Part shown: piece by piece, positions 25,025-32,000 of the stretch | Position numbering within the stretch: position 1 is the stretch's first letter | Layout: the number at the start of each line of letters is the position of its first letter | Assembly (NCBI RefSeq): GCF_000803625.1 | Contig: NZ_CP007496.1 | Coordinates: forward strand, 60,001-92,000 | DNA from: Candidatus Nanosynbacter lyticus | GTDB taxonomy: Bacteria > Patescibacteriota > Saccharimonadia > Saccharimonadales > Saccharimonadaceae | Direction: 5' to 3' | DNA length: 32,000 bases | Notes under the pieces: generated by a model | Seen by the model: the letters and a program-made list of their open reading frames with translations, nothing else | Told to the model about the DNA's origin: nothing | The model's database searches: none | Made by a program: the position numbers and the translations under genes

Positions 25025-26239
25025 ATGAAGAAGTACAATTACGAAGCCAGAGATAGTGCTAGTAATAAAATTGTTAAATCTGTAGTTCAGGCTGAAAGTG
25101 AAAATGCTGCTGCAAAGTTATTGACGACGCAGGGTTTTGTACCCTTAAAAATTGAACTACAAGATGATAAAACGGGTTTCTTTGCAAAGTTATCTGGTAG
25201 AATCACTACTAAAGATAAAGTGGTGTTCACTCGTCAGCTAGCGACACTTATTGGGGCGGGCTTGCCATTATCTCAGAGTCTTAGGACGGTTCAGGAGCAG
25301 ACTACTAATAAGCGGATGCAAGAAATCGTTCAAGAGATTATCTCTGATGTGGAGGGTGGTAAATCATTGTCTGACTCATTTGCTAAGCACCCGGAGGCTT
25401 TCAATAAGGTGTACGTGGCGCTGGTTGCAGCTGGTGAAACTTCAGGTACAATGGACGAATCTTTGAAAAGGCTAGCCGCTCAGCAGGAAAAAGATGCTGC
25501 CATGATGAGCAAGATCCGTGGTGCTATGATGTATCCATCAATTGTCTTGGCGGTGATTATCTTAGTGGTTGGTTTTATGTTGTTTACAGTGGTGCCACAG
25601 GTTGAGGGACTATATCGCGACTTAAATAAAGGTCTGCCGTTCATAACATTAATCATGATTAATGTGGCTAATTTTTTTATTCACTTTTGGTGGCTCGCAT
25701 TGTTGGTAATGATTATTGGCGGCTATTTTTTGGTACAATACCTAAAAACCGAGCAGGGCATTAGAACTAAAGACACATTTAAGCTTAATGTTCCATTATT
25801 TAAGGGGATGTTCCGAAAAATGTATATGGCGCGGTTTTCCAGAACAGGCCAAGTTCTGCTAAGCACTGGTGTGCCGATGCTTGATATGCTTCGTATTTCG
25901 TCGGATGCAGTCAATAACATGATTATTAGCGAAGGTATTATCCGAGCAGCGGATAAGGTAAAGGGCGGAAAAGCCCTCTCGGCATCTTTGTCGAATGAGG
26001 AATATTTCTTAACGATGGTGCCACAAATGATTAAAATCGGCGAGCAGTCGGGTAAGATTGACGAAATGATGGGGAAAACTGCTCAGGTGTATGAAGACGA
26101 GCTTGATGAAGAGATCCGCGCTTTATCGACCGCTATAGAGCCGGTTCTGATGGTATTTCTAGCATTAGTTGCCGGTACGATGGTTGCTGCAATACTATTC
26201 CCAATCTATAGTTTGGTTGGCAATATAAATATTCACTAG
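25025..26239 (+). CDS. pilC: Type IV pilus platform protein PilC (GspF family)
   Basis: 404 aa with two GspF repeats, TM segments, and FTRQLATLIGAGLPL / FSRTGQVLLSTGVPM repeat motifs. Confidence 0.92.
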   Translation: MKKYNYEARDSASNKIVKSVVQAESENAAAKLLTTQGFVPLKIELQDDKTGFFAKLSGRITTKDKVVFTRQLATLIGAGLPLSQSLRTVQEQTTNKRMQEIVQEIISDVEGGKSLSDSFAKHPEAFNKVYVALVAAGETSGTMDESLKRLAAQQEKDAAMMSKIRGAMMYPSIVLAVIILVVGFMLFTVVPQVEGLYRDLNKGLPFITLIMINVANFFIHFWWLALLVMIIGGYFLVQYLKTEQGIRTKDTFKLNVPLFKGMFRKMYMARFSRTGQVLLSTGVPMLDMLRISSDAVNNMIISEGIIRAADKVKGGKALSASLSNEEYFLTMVPQMIKIGEQSGKIDEMMGKTAQVYEDELDEEIRALSTAIEPVLMVFLALVAGTMVAAILFPIYSLVGNINIH

Positions 26240-26324
26240 ACGACCAGGTGATTTTGGTGTATTATAAGCGTAAGCATTTTTTTGCACAAATATAAGCATA
26301 AGCCATAGAAAGGTGGAAATTTCA

Positions 26325-26804
26325 ATGGTAAATAAAGACAACAAAAAAGGATTTACAATCATCGAGGTAGTTTTAGTCCTGGCTATTGCTGGACTTATCT
26401 TCGCGATGGTATTTATCGCATTACCAGCTTTGCAGCGCAGCCAGCATGACCAGTCGAGAAAGAATGACGCCTCAACAGTTGCTGCAGCTATTACTAACTG
26501 GAATTCTGCCAACCGTAACGGCGGAACCTTCAACGAGGAATCTTTACGCAAATATGTTGATAAACTTGATCAATATGATAAGAATTCAGAGCTGAAGGTG
26601 GTCGCTACCGGTTCATCAATGTCGGTTGCTGGTAATGAGATTAAGGTGATGCGCGGCCGTAAGTGTCCGTCCAGTATGCCGGCTCCATCTGCAGACGATC
26701 CAGCAAACATTACCTTAGAGAATGGCTCCTCGCGCAATGCTGCCGTCGTGGTGTTGTTGGAGAACAATGGATCTCAGAAACAATTGTACTGTCAGGATGT
26801 ATAG
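26325..26804 (+). CDS. pilA: Major type IV pilin (PilA-like)
   Basis: Class III signal peptide MVNKDNKKG|FTIIEVVLVLAIAGLI with Glu at +5. C-terminal Cys pair (RKCPSS..LYCQDV). Strong SD aaaggtgg before the ATG at 26325 (the ORF-track GTG at 26313 is less likely). Has its own terminator. Confidence 0.85.
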   Translation: MVNKDNKKGFTIIEVVLVLAIAGLIFAMVFIALPALQRSQHDQSRKNDASTVAAAITNWNSANRNGGTFNEESLRKYVDKLDQYDKNSELKVVATGSSMSVAGNEIKVMRGRKCPSSMPAPSADDPANITLENGSSRNAAVVVLLENNGSQKQLYCQDV

Positions 26805-26825
26805 ATAAGGAACATTTACATAAGG

Positions 26826-26853
26826 TCAGCCTCTTAAGGGGGCTGATTTTTTT
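26826..26853 (+). terminator. Rho-independent terminator/attenuator after pilA
   Basis: tcagcc(tc) (26826-26833) pairs with (gg)ggctga (26839-26846), followed by T7. Confidence 0.65.
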
Positions 26854-26878
26854 ATGTTTTTTTGTTAACATAAGAAGT

Positions 26879-27760
26879 ATGATGAAATTTATGATAGCAG
26901 GGTTTTTAGGCGCCATATTGGGTAGCTTTGTAGGGGCGCAGGTTTGGCGTTTGCGTGCTCGTCAGTTAGCTGAGGATAAAAAGGCTGGTGAGAAGGTTGA
27001 CCAGAAAGAATTAAAGAGGCTCTCTCCACTAATAAAGAAAGTTTCTAAGGATCGTTCTCGCTGTCTATCTTGCGGCCACGAATTGTCATTTTGTGATCTC
27101 ATACCAGTTTTCAGTTGGGTGATTAGGCTGGGAAAGTGCCGATATTGTAAGAATTTTATTGGTTGGACGGAAATTCTGCTAGAAGTAGCCATGGCTGGAT
27201 TATTTGTCTTGTCTGTAGTATTTTGGCCAGGATCATTGATGGATTTTTGGCAGGTTTTGCTACTGGCTTTGTGGTTAAGCGGTTTAGTTTTACTGGCAAT
27301 TTTATTTGTTTATGATCTCAAATGGCTGCTTCTACCTGATGTCATAAATATTCCGTTTATTATTTTGGGATTTATTTTTTCAATAATAAACTTGGCGCTA
27401 TCTAATGATTTTACAAAGAGCCTGACGTCTCTTTTAGGGTCGGTTGTAATTTTAAGTGGCATTTATTTGCTACTTTATCTTTTCTCAAAATACCGCTATG
27501 GAGAGGAAAAAACTTGGGTTGGTTTTGGTGATGTTAAGCTTGGTTTGGGGTTGGCTTTATTCTTGGGTAATTGGTTGTTGGCTTTTGCGGCTTTATTCGC
27601 AGCTAATTTAATCGGTACGTTGCTAGTCCTTCCTTCAATGCTAAAGGGTAAATTACAGGCAACTTCAAGAATTTGCTTCGGTCCGTTATTGATTGTAGGG
27701 TTTTTATTGGCATGGTTTTTTAGTCAACAAATTTTAGCATGGGGCTTTCTTATCGTCTAA
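26879..27760 (+). CDS. pilD: Prepilin peptidase / N-methyltransferase PilD (A24 family)
   Basis: CLSCGHEL...GKCRYC Zn-binding pairs, catalytic Asp contexts LLLPDV and GFGDVKLG, and multiple TM segments. The start is at ATG 26879, 26882 or 26891. The 5' part of ORF 26663-27760 overlaps pilA and is not coding. Confidence 0.92.
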   Translation: MMKFMIAGFLGAILGSFVGAQVWRLRARQLAEDKKAGEKVDQKELKRLSPLIKKVSKDRSRCLSCGHELSFCDLIPVFSWVIRLGKCRYCKNFIGWTEILLEVAMAGLFVLSVVFWPGSLMDFWQVLLLALWLSGLVLLAILFVYDLKWLLLPDVINIPFIILGFIFSIINLALSNDFTKSLTSLLGSVVILSGIYLLLYLFSKYRYGEEKTWVGFGDVKLGLGLALFLGNWLLAFAALFAANLIGTLLVLPSMLKGKLQATSRICFGPLLIVGFLLAWFFSQQILAWGFLIV

Positions 27761-27774
27761 GTAAAATTTGCTTA

Positions 27775-27783
27775 TGCTATAAT
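27775..27783 (+). promoter_or_regulatory. Extended -10 (TGcTATAAT) for the minor-pilin operon, embedded in the pilD 3' end
   Basis: TG at 27775-27776, TATAAT at 27778-27783, ATG at 27793 (9 nt after the hexamer). Confidence 0.45.
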
Positions 27784-27792
27784 GGAGAAGTG

Positions 27793-28533
27793 ATGGGCAA
27801 TAAACAAAAAGGTTTTACTATAATTGAAGTTATTTTGTTTGTGGCTATTTCTGGCTTGCTCACTTCTATGCTTATGGTGGGTGTTAACATATCAATTAAT
27901 CGTCAGCAATATCGCGACTCAGTTCAGTCTTATGCTGGCTTTTTGCGTAATGAGTACTCAAAAGTCGTTAATGTTGAAAATGATAGATCGAAAAGTGTCT
28001 GTCCAATTGACGGTGCAGACGGTAGGTCGGAGACTGCACGCGGTCAGTCGGATTGTGTGATTGTTGGTCGCTATATTACTACATTTGGTCCACTAGGGTC
28101 AACTGACGGTAATTCCTATAGAGCATATCCTGTTTATGCATACCGATCAGATAAGGGCAGCGCTTGGGTATATCGGCGCGGTGCTGAATCTGACAAATAT
28201 ACCGTGAATTGGCAGGCAAAGACTAGATTTTCTAGCCAGCCTAAAAATAGCGCTTATATATCCATCTTAATGTATCGACATCCAGAAACAGGACAATTAG
28301 ACATCAGGACGGACACTAGTAGATTTGGCGATAATTTAACGGATTTTGTTAATAATAAGAATAGTGCAGGCATAGTACAGTCCGCTGGCGAGCAGCGCCA
28401 ACAGCGGGAAATTTGTATTTATGATGATGGTTGGTTGCCGAATGAGCGGCTTTCTATCTTTTTGCGTTCATATGCAGCCTCTGCTGATGCGGTTATCGTA
28501 GGGAACGCTACCGGAGGGTGTGCTGATGCGTAA
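27793..28533 (+). CDS. Minor (pseudo)pilin 1, prepilin-type N-terminal cleavage/methylation domain
   Basis: MGNKQKG|FTIIEVILFVAISGLL with Glu at +5. 246 aa, 4 Cys. Confidence 0.8.
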   Translation: MGNKQKGFTIIEVILFVAISGLLTSMLMVGVNISINRQQYRDSVQSYAGFLRNEYSKVVNVENDRSKSVCPIDGADGRSETARGQSDCVIVGRYITTFGPLGSTDGNSYRAYPVYAYRSDKGSAWVYRRGAESDKYTVNWQAKTRFSSQPKNSAYISILMYRHPETGQLDIRTDTSRFGDNLTDFVNNKNSAGIVQSAGEQRQQREICIYDDGWLPNERLSIFLRSYAASADAVIVGNATGGCADA

Positions 28534-29107
28534 ATTTAACAGGGGTGATACTATCGTAGAAGTGCTGCTTGGTGTAACGATTTTTAGCATGGTTGCTGTT
28601 ATTACGTTAGAAACTATGAATCGGGGCATGGCTATTTCCCAGTATGCCTTAGAGACGACGTTGGTGCGTCAGCAGGTTGATGCGCAGGCAGAAATGCTAA
28701 GATATGCTCACGACACAAAGAGTGATATTTGGAAAAAGTTGGTTGATAATAACGCCGTAAGTGTTTCCTCGGTTAATGACAATGAGGGTGGCTTGGGTGC
28801 AGAAAGCTGTCCTGACAACTTTTCTAATAAAGAGTTTGCCTTGGCTGCGACACCTTCACTCGGCTCTAAGATCAGTATTTTAAATAATCCAGGCGATTAT
28901 AAACCGGCAGAAACTTATGCGCGAGTTGATAGTGGTACTAAAAAAACATATGGAATAGCGGTTAGGCTTGTTAAGCCGAGTACAGCTATAGGTAGTAGGG
29001 ATAGCAATAAATATGATGCGTACATAAAAGCTTGCTGGATGCCAGTTGGTAGTAAAATGCCAGCAACAATTGGTACGATTGTGAGGTTGTATGACTCGGG
29101 TCGATAA
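28526..29107 (+). CDS. Pilin-like protein 2 with an atypical processing site (G|DTIVE)
   Basis: MRKFNRG DTIVEVLLGVTIFSMVAV: Gly at -1 and Glu at +5 are conserved, but +1 is Asp instead of Phe/Met. SD ggaggg sits 7 nt upstream of the ATG at 28526. Overlaps the previous gene by 8 nt. Confidence 0.55.
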   Translation: MRKFNRGDTIVEVLLGVTIFSMVAVITLETMNRGMAISQYALETTLVRQQVDAQAEMLRYAHDTKSDIWKKLVDNNAVSVSSVNDNEGGLGAESCPDNFSNKEFALAATPSLGSKISILNNPGDYKPAETYARVDSGTKKTYGIAVRLVKPSTAIGSRDSNKYDAYIKACWMPVGSKMPATIGTIVRLYDSGR

Positions 29108-29789
29108 ACAGGGATTCACACTTGTTGAGTTAATGCTTGCGATGGCATTTATCTCGATTCTTCTATTGTCAATTACTATGGTGGGCGTTCAGGCGGGCAG
29201 AATGTATAGCCGGGGTGTGGTGCTGCGTGATATTAATCAGGCAGGGCGAGACATCTCCGATACAATTCGACGAGATTTTTTGCAGGCAAACGCCAATAAG
29301 ATTGATGGTTCTGGTCTGAGAGTGCCGAACAATAGCAGTTGGGCAACTGGTCGGCTCTGTCTGGGGTCTCATTCGTATGTTTGGAACAACCCGAGATATT
29401 TGGACGATCCGAGCCTGCTGGGTGCAAATAGGCTATTTAAGGTTGACGGTAATCCGATAAACTTGGTGCGGGTAGTTGACGCTGACGGTGGCTTGTGTAA
29501 GAAAGATGGGTCCGGTAAGTATCCAGAGATGGTTGATTTAGCAAAATCATCAAACTTACTTAGGTCTATAAGTAGCGGTGATGGCTCGATTGGCATGCAT
29601 GACGTTACATTGGAGAAAATCACATCGGACGATTCCAGGGAAGCCCTTTACAAGTTGACCTTTACTTTAGGGACAAGTAAGATGAGTGAAATTAGAAATT
29701 CTTCTTGTAAAGATCCGAGCGAGACAGATAATAATTTTGATTTCTGTTCTATAAATAAATTTGAAATGATTGTGAGGACAAATGGGTAG
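29091..29789 (+). CDS. Minor pilin 3 (PilW/GspJ-like by N-terminus and size)
   Basis: MTRVDKQG|FTLVELMLAMAFISILLL with Glu at +5. 232 aa. Overlaps its upstream neighbour by 17 nt. Confidence 0.8.
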   Translation: MTRVDKQGFTLVELMLAMAFISILLLSITMVGVQAGRMYSRGVVLRDINQAGRDISDTIRRDFLQANANKIDGSGLRVPNNSSWATGRLCLGSHSYVWNNPRYLDDPSLLGANRLFKVDGNPINLVRVVDADGGLCKKDGSGKYPEMVDLAKSSNLLRSISSGDGSIGMHDVTLEKITSDDSREALYKLTFTLGTSKMSEIRNSSCKDPSETDNNFDFCSINKFEMIVRTNG

Positions 29790-30924
29790 AGGTATACGAC
29801 AATCGGGCGCTGTATCGCTTTTTGCGGTTATTTTTGGGGCGATGCTGCTAACTATTGTCACAATTGGATTTATGCGATTGATGATTATGGACCAGAGACA
29901 ATCTTCTAATAATGATTTATCGCAGAGTGCTTATGATGCTGCTTTGGCTGGGGTTGAAGATGCCAAGCGAGTAGTTCGTGCTGCACAAACAGGAAATATT
30001 CAGGCTGCAGGAGTACTCAATGGTCCGATTAACTGTAATATGGTTGCCGCCTCTGGCGTTGTCGGCGGTAGTACATCTGGCGATACTATTATTCAGACTG
30101 GCACCGGCGCTGGTAAGAGGTTTGATCAGGCCTATACTTGTGTAAAGATTACTATGAAATCTCAGGATTTTATATATAAATCTATTGAAGATAAATCCCA
30201 GCTTATACCGCTACGTGCAACCAGCTCATTTAATAAGATATCAATTGAGTGGTATCGCCGCGATGATGAAAGTAACCTTGGTGGCGCAAACGCAGTTAAT
30301 ACTGAGATATCTACCACGGGAGATTTGCCGGCAAGGAATAGCTGGCATAGTAACACTCCTCAATTGATGAGGGCGCAGCTAATTAATCCAGGGCCAACAT
30401 TTAGCTTATCAACATTGGATACGACTGGCGTCACCTCCTTTTTCCGACCAAACGTATTGAGGTCAGATGTAGCAGGGCAAGATGGAACTGCAGTTTCTGG
30501 CAAGACGTCAGATCGACCAAGGGCAACTGACGGAAATGAGCATAATAATGGAACGAATATAGTATCTTGTAGCAAGACCTTTAAATTTTCTGGCGAATAT
30601 TCGTGCAAGGCGGTGATTGAAGTTGATGAAATTGCTGCAGGCAGCGAAACGGCTTTTTTGAGACTAACTTCCATATACAAGGGTGGCAGCGTAAAAGTTT
30701 CACTTCAAAAAACGGATGGCACTATCGTAAATTTCGATGGAGTTCAGCCTATAGTTGACTCAACGGGACGAGCGAGTAATTTATTTAGACGAGTCGAGGC
30801 GCGTCTGCAAATTGGCGATGATTTTGCTTATCCAGATAACGCGATTGAGCTAAAGAATAGCCTCTGTAAAGATTTCTCCGTATCTGGTAGAGGATCTGCC
30901 GTTGCTGGTCGATGCAAACCTTAA
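29782..30924 (+). CDS. PilX/GspK-like pilin-like protein lacking Glu5 (380 aa)
   Basis: RQSG|AVSLFAVIFGAMLLTIVTIGF followed by SQSAYDAALAGVEDA, which resembles the PilX N-terminal domain pattern. No Glu at +5, as in tip-capping GspK-type proteins. Confidence 0.6.
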   Translation: MGRGIRQSGAVSLFAVIFGAMLLTIVTIGFMRLMIMDQRQSSNNDLSQSAYDAALAGVEDAKRVVRAAQTGNIQAAGVLNGPINCNMVAASGVVGGSTSGDTIIQTGTGAGKRFDQAYTCVKITMKSQDFIYKSIEDKSQLIPLRATSSFNKISIEWYRRDDESNLGGANAVNTEISTTGDLPARNSWHSNTPQLMRAQLINPGPTFSLSTLDTTGVTSFFRPNVLRSDVAGQDGTAVSGKTSDRPRATDGNEHNNGTNIVSCSKTFKFSGEYSCKAVIEVDEIAAGSETAFLRLTSIYKGGSVKVSLQKTDGTIVNFDGVQPIVDSTGRASNLFRRVEARLQIGDDFAYPDNAIELKNSLCKDFSVSGRGSAVAGRCKP

Positions 30925-30931
30925 AGGTAAT

Positions 30932-31849
30932 TTATGTATCGCTATGAAAGCGTTCATGAATATCTTTTAGATGTTGATCTGTAACATGGGTGTATACCTG
31001 AGTTGTTGATATATTGCTATGTCCTAGCATAGATTGGACCGAGCGTAGATCGGCACCATTCATTAGAAGGTCGGTTGCAAAACTATGCCTCATGGTGTGT
31101 GGGCTTACGTGTTTGGTAATGCCAGCTAGGCGTGCATATTGGCTAACCATTCGTTGAATGCTACGAGCGCTTAGGCGGCGGTAATCGCCAGAAGTGCTGG
31201 GTGTGATGGTTCGTTTACTGCAACTTAGGAATAGTGCGGGTAGGCTATCTGTTCTTGAGTTCAGATATGTGGATACATGTTTGGCGGCACCTTTTGATAT
31301 AAAGACTGGTCGGTCTTTTTGTCCTTTTCCTCGCACCATAAACTCGCGCCTTGTTAGGTTTATATGATCCCGATTTAAGTTGACTAATTCAGAGACGCGG
31401 AGGCCGCTGGAAAACAGCAACTCCACAATTGCCCGATCTCTCAGCCCCGATTCGGTGTCGGTTGGTATTTGCTCAATCATTCGCAGCACCTCGTCATATT
31501 GTAGAAAAGTTACTTGTTTCCGGACAGTCTTGGGTAGGATAATTTTATCCGCAGCCAAACTTTTGATATCGCGTCGAGAAAGGTATGTGAGTAGCCCTCG
31601 AAGTGCAATTAGATGATAGCTTTGTGTGATTAAAGATAAGCTTTCGCCTGTGTTGTCATTTTTATAACGGTTTAGCCAGAGACGATATTGCCTAATTAGC
31701 TCTGATGTAATTTTATCAACAGGTATATCACCGGCAAAATCGATAAATCTCTCTAGATAGAGCTGATAATTTATAATAGTTTTTTGACTGCGTCCACTCT
31801 CAACTTCCAGGTGTTCTAGAAAATCAGTTAGGGCTTCTGATATAAACAT
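30932..31849 (-). CDS. Tyrosine recombinase, XerC/XerD family
   Basis: N-terminal SAM-like core-binding domain. Catalytic residues in RDRAIVELLFSSGLRVSEL, HTMRHSFATDLL, and LGHSNISTTQVYTHV (Tyr nucleophile). Confidence 0.9.
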   Translation of the reverse strand: MFISEALTDFLEHLEVESGRSQKTIINYQLYLERFIDFAGDIPVDKITSELIRQYRLWLNRYKNDNTGESLSLITQSYHLIALRGLLTYLSRRDIKSLAADKIILPKTVRKQVTFLQYDEVLRMIEQIPTDTESGLRDRAIVELLFSSGLRVSELVNLNRDHINLTRREFMVRGKGQKDRPVFISKGAAKHVSTYLNSRTDSLPALFLSCSKRTITPSTSGDYRRLSARSIQRMVSQYARLAGITKHVSPHTMRHSFATDLLMNGADLRSVQSMLGHSNISTTQVYTHVTDQHLKDIHERFHSDT

Positions 31850-31937
31850 ATACTTATTTTACAGTTAGAGGGCTGGTTTATCAAATCATCTATTTTTGGT
31901 ACTATAATAAAAATAATAATGAGCAAAGGAGCAACCT

Positions 31938-32000
31938 ATGTCAGATAGTGAAAAAAAATATTGTGGCGTTGAAAGAACGTTGATTGTTTTTAAGCCTGAT
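31938..32000 (+). CDS. ndk: Nucleoside diphosphate kinase, N-terminal 21 codons (truncated by the window edge)
   Basis: MSDSEKKYCGVERTLIVFKPD matches the conserved Ndk start (ERT..IIKPD). SD aaaggag and a TATAAT at 31903-31908 lie upstream. Confidence 0.6.
   Translation, partial: MSDSEKKYCGVERTLIVFKPD

Noticed and set aside
26240-26324. Sigma-54 (-24/-12) promoter upstream of pilA, as in many proteobacterial pilin genes
   Set aside because: A TTGCA is present (26282-26286), but there is no GG at the required -24 spacing. No PilR/PilS-type genes are nearby. A sigma70-type -10 fits better.
26663-26878. 5' extension of the pilD ORF (the ORF track starts at 26663)
   Set aside because: This part overlaps the pilA 3' end and the pilA terminator in another frame and encodes no prepilin-peptidase sequence. 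The peptidase N-terminal TM helix starts at the Met cluster at 26879-26893.
30925-31864. Xer-family recombinase as a marker of an integrated mobile element carrying the pilus locus
   Set aside because: Its sequence and length are those of a chromosomal XerC/XerD dimer-resolution recombinase. I see no flanking inverted or direct repeats, no att-like tRNA target, and no phage, plasmid or transposase genes.
1-32000. Alternative genetic code (UGA recoding, as in some CPR lineages)
   Set aside because: TGA terminates well-conserved genes at the expected positions (for example pilM at 20545-20547 and pilO at 21934-21936). All conserved proteins are full length under the standard bacterial code.
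1-32000. CRISPR arrays, tRNA, rRNA or other large ncRNA genes, IS elements, toxin-antitoxin or known defence gene pairs
   Set aside because: Every intergenic gap is under 200 bp and is explained by promoters, leaders or terminators. I saw no spaced direct-repeat arrays, no tRNA-like T-arm sequences, no transposase, and no recognisable defence domains.

Overview
This 32-kb chromosomal window is almost fully coding. It comes from a moderately AT-rich bacterium that uses the standard genetic code (TGA is a stop codon). I found no rRNA, tRNA, CRISPR array, IS element or phage gene.

Left half (1-16.4 kb), housekeeping genes: a degenerate NrnA/DHH-like protein, truB, rpsO, an oppositely oriented sortase, pnp, rnj (RNase J), ftsK, rpsF-ssb-rpsR, efp, tlyA and ychF. 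Accessory orphans interrupt this set: two tandem paralogous Pro/Gln-rich membrane proteins and a 205-aa orphan with atypical codon usage.

Right half (16.5-30.9 kb): a 986-aa cysteine-paired surface orphan, followed directly by a complete secretin-less type IV pilus locus. The locus is pilM-pilN-pilO-(76 aa)-pilB-pilT-pilC, pilA, pilD and four pilin-like genes. The window ends with a Xer-family recombinase and the first 21 codons of ndk.

Several features fit a reduced-genome monoderm-type lineage such as Candidatus Saccharibacteria/CPR: the gene content, the sortase, the absence of a secretin, the absence of ribF and rplI at their canonical positions, and frequent leaderless-type promoters. 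This is inference only; I cannot verify it without a database search.

Most interesting candidates:
- the 986-aa orphan at the head of the pilus locus, a possible pilus-associated or host-contact adhesin
- the duplicated membrane-protein cassette, with a near-identical N-terminal module and diverged ectodomains
- a recurrent TGnTATAAT-N6-9-ATG leaderless architecture

All functional calls come from motif and pattern recognition by eye. No searches were run.
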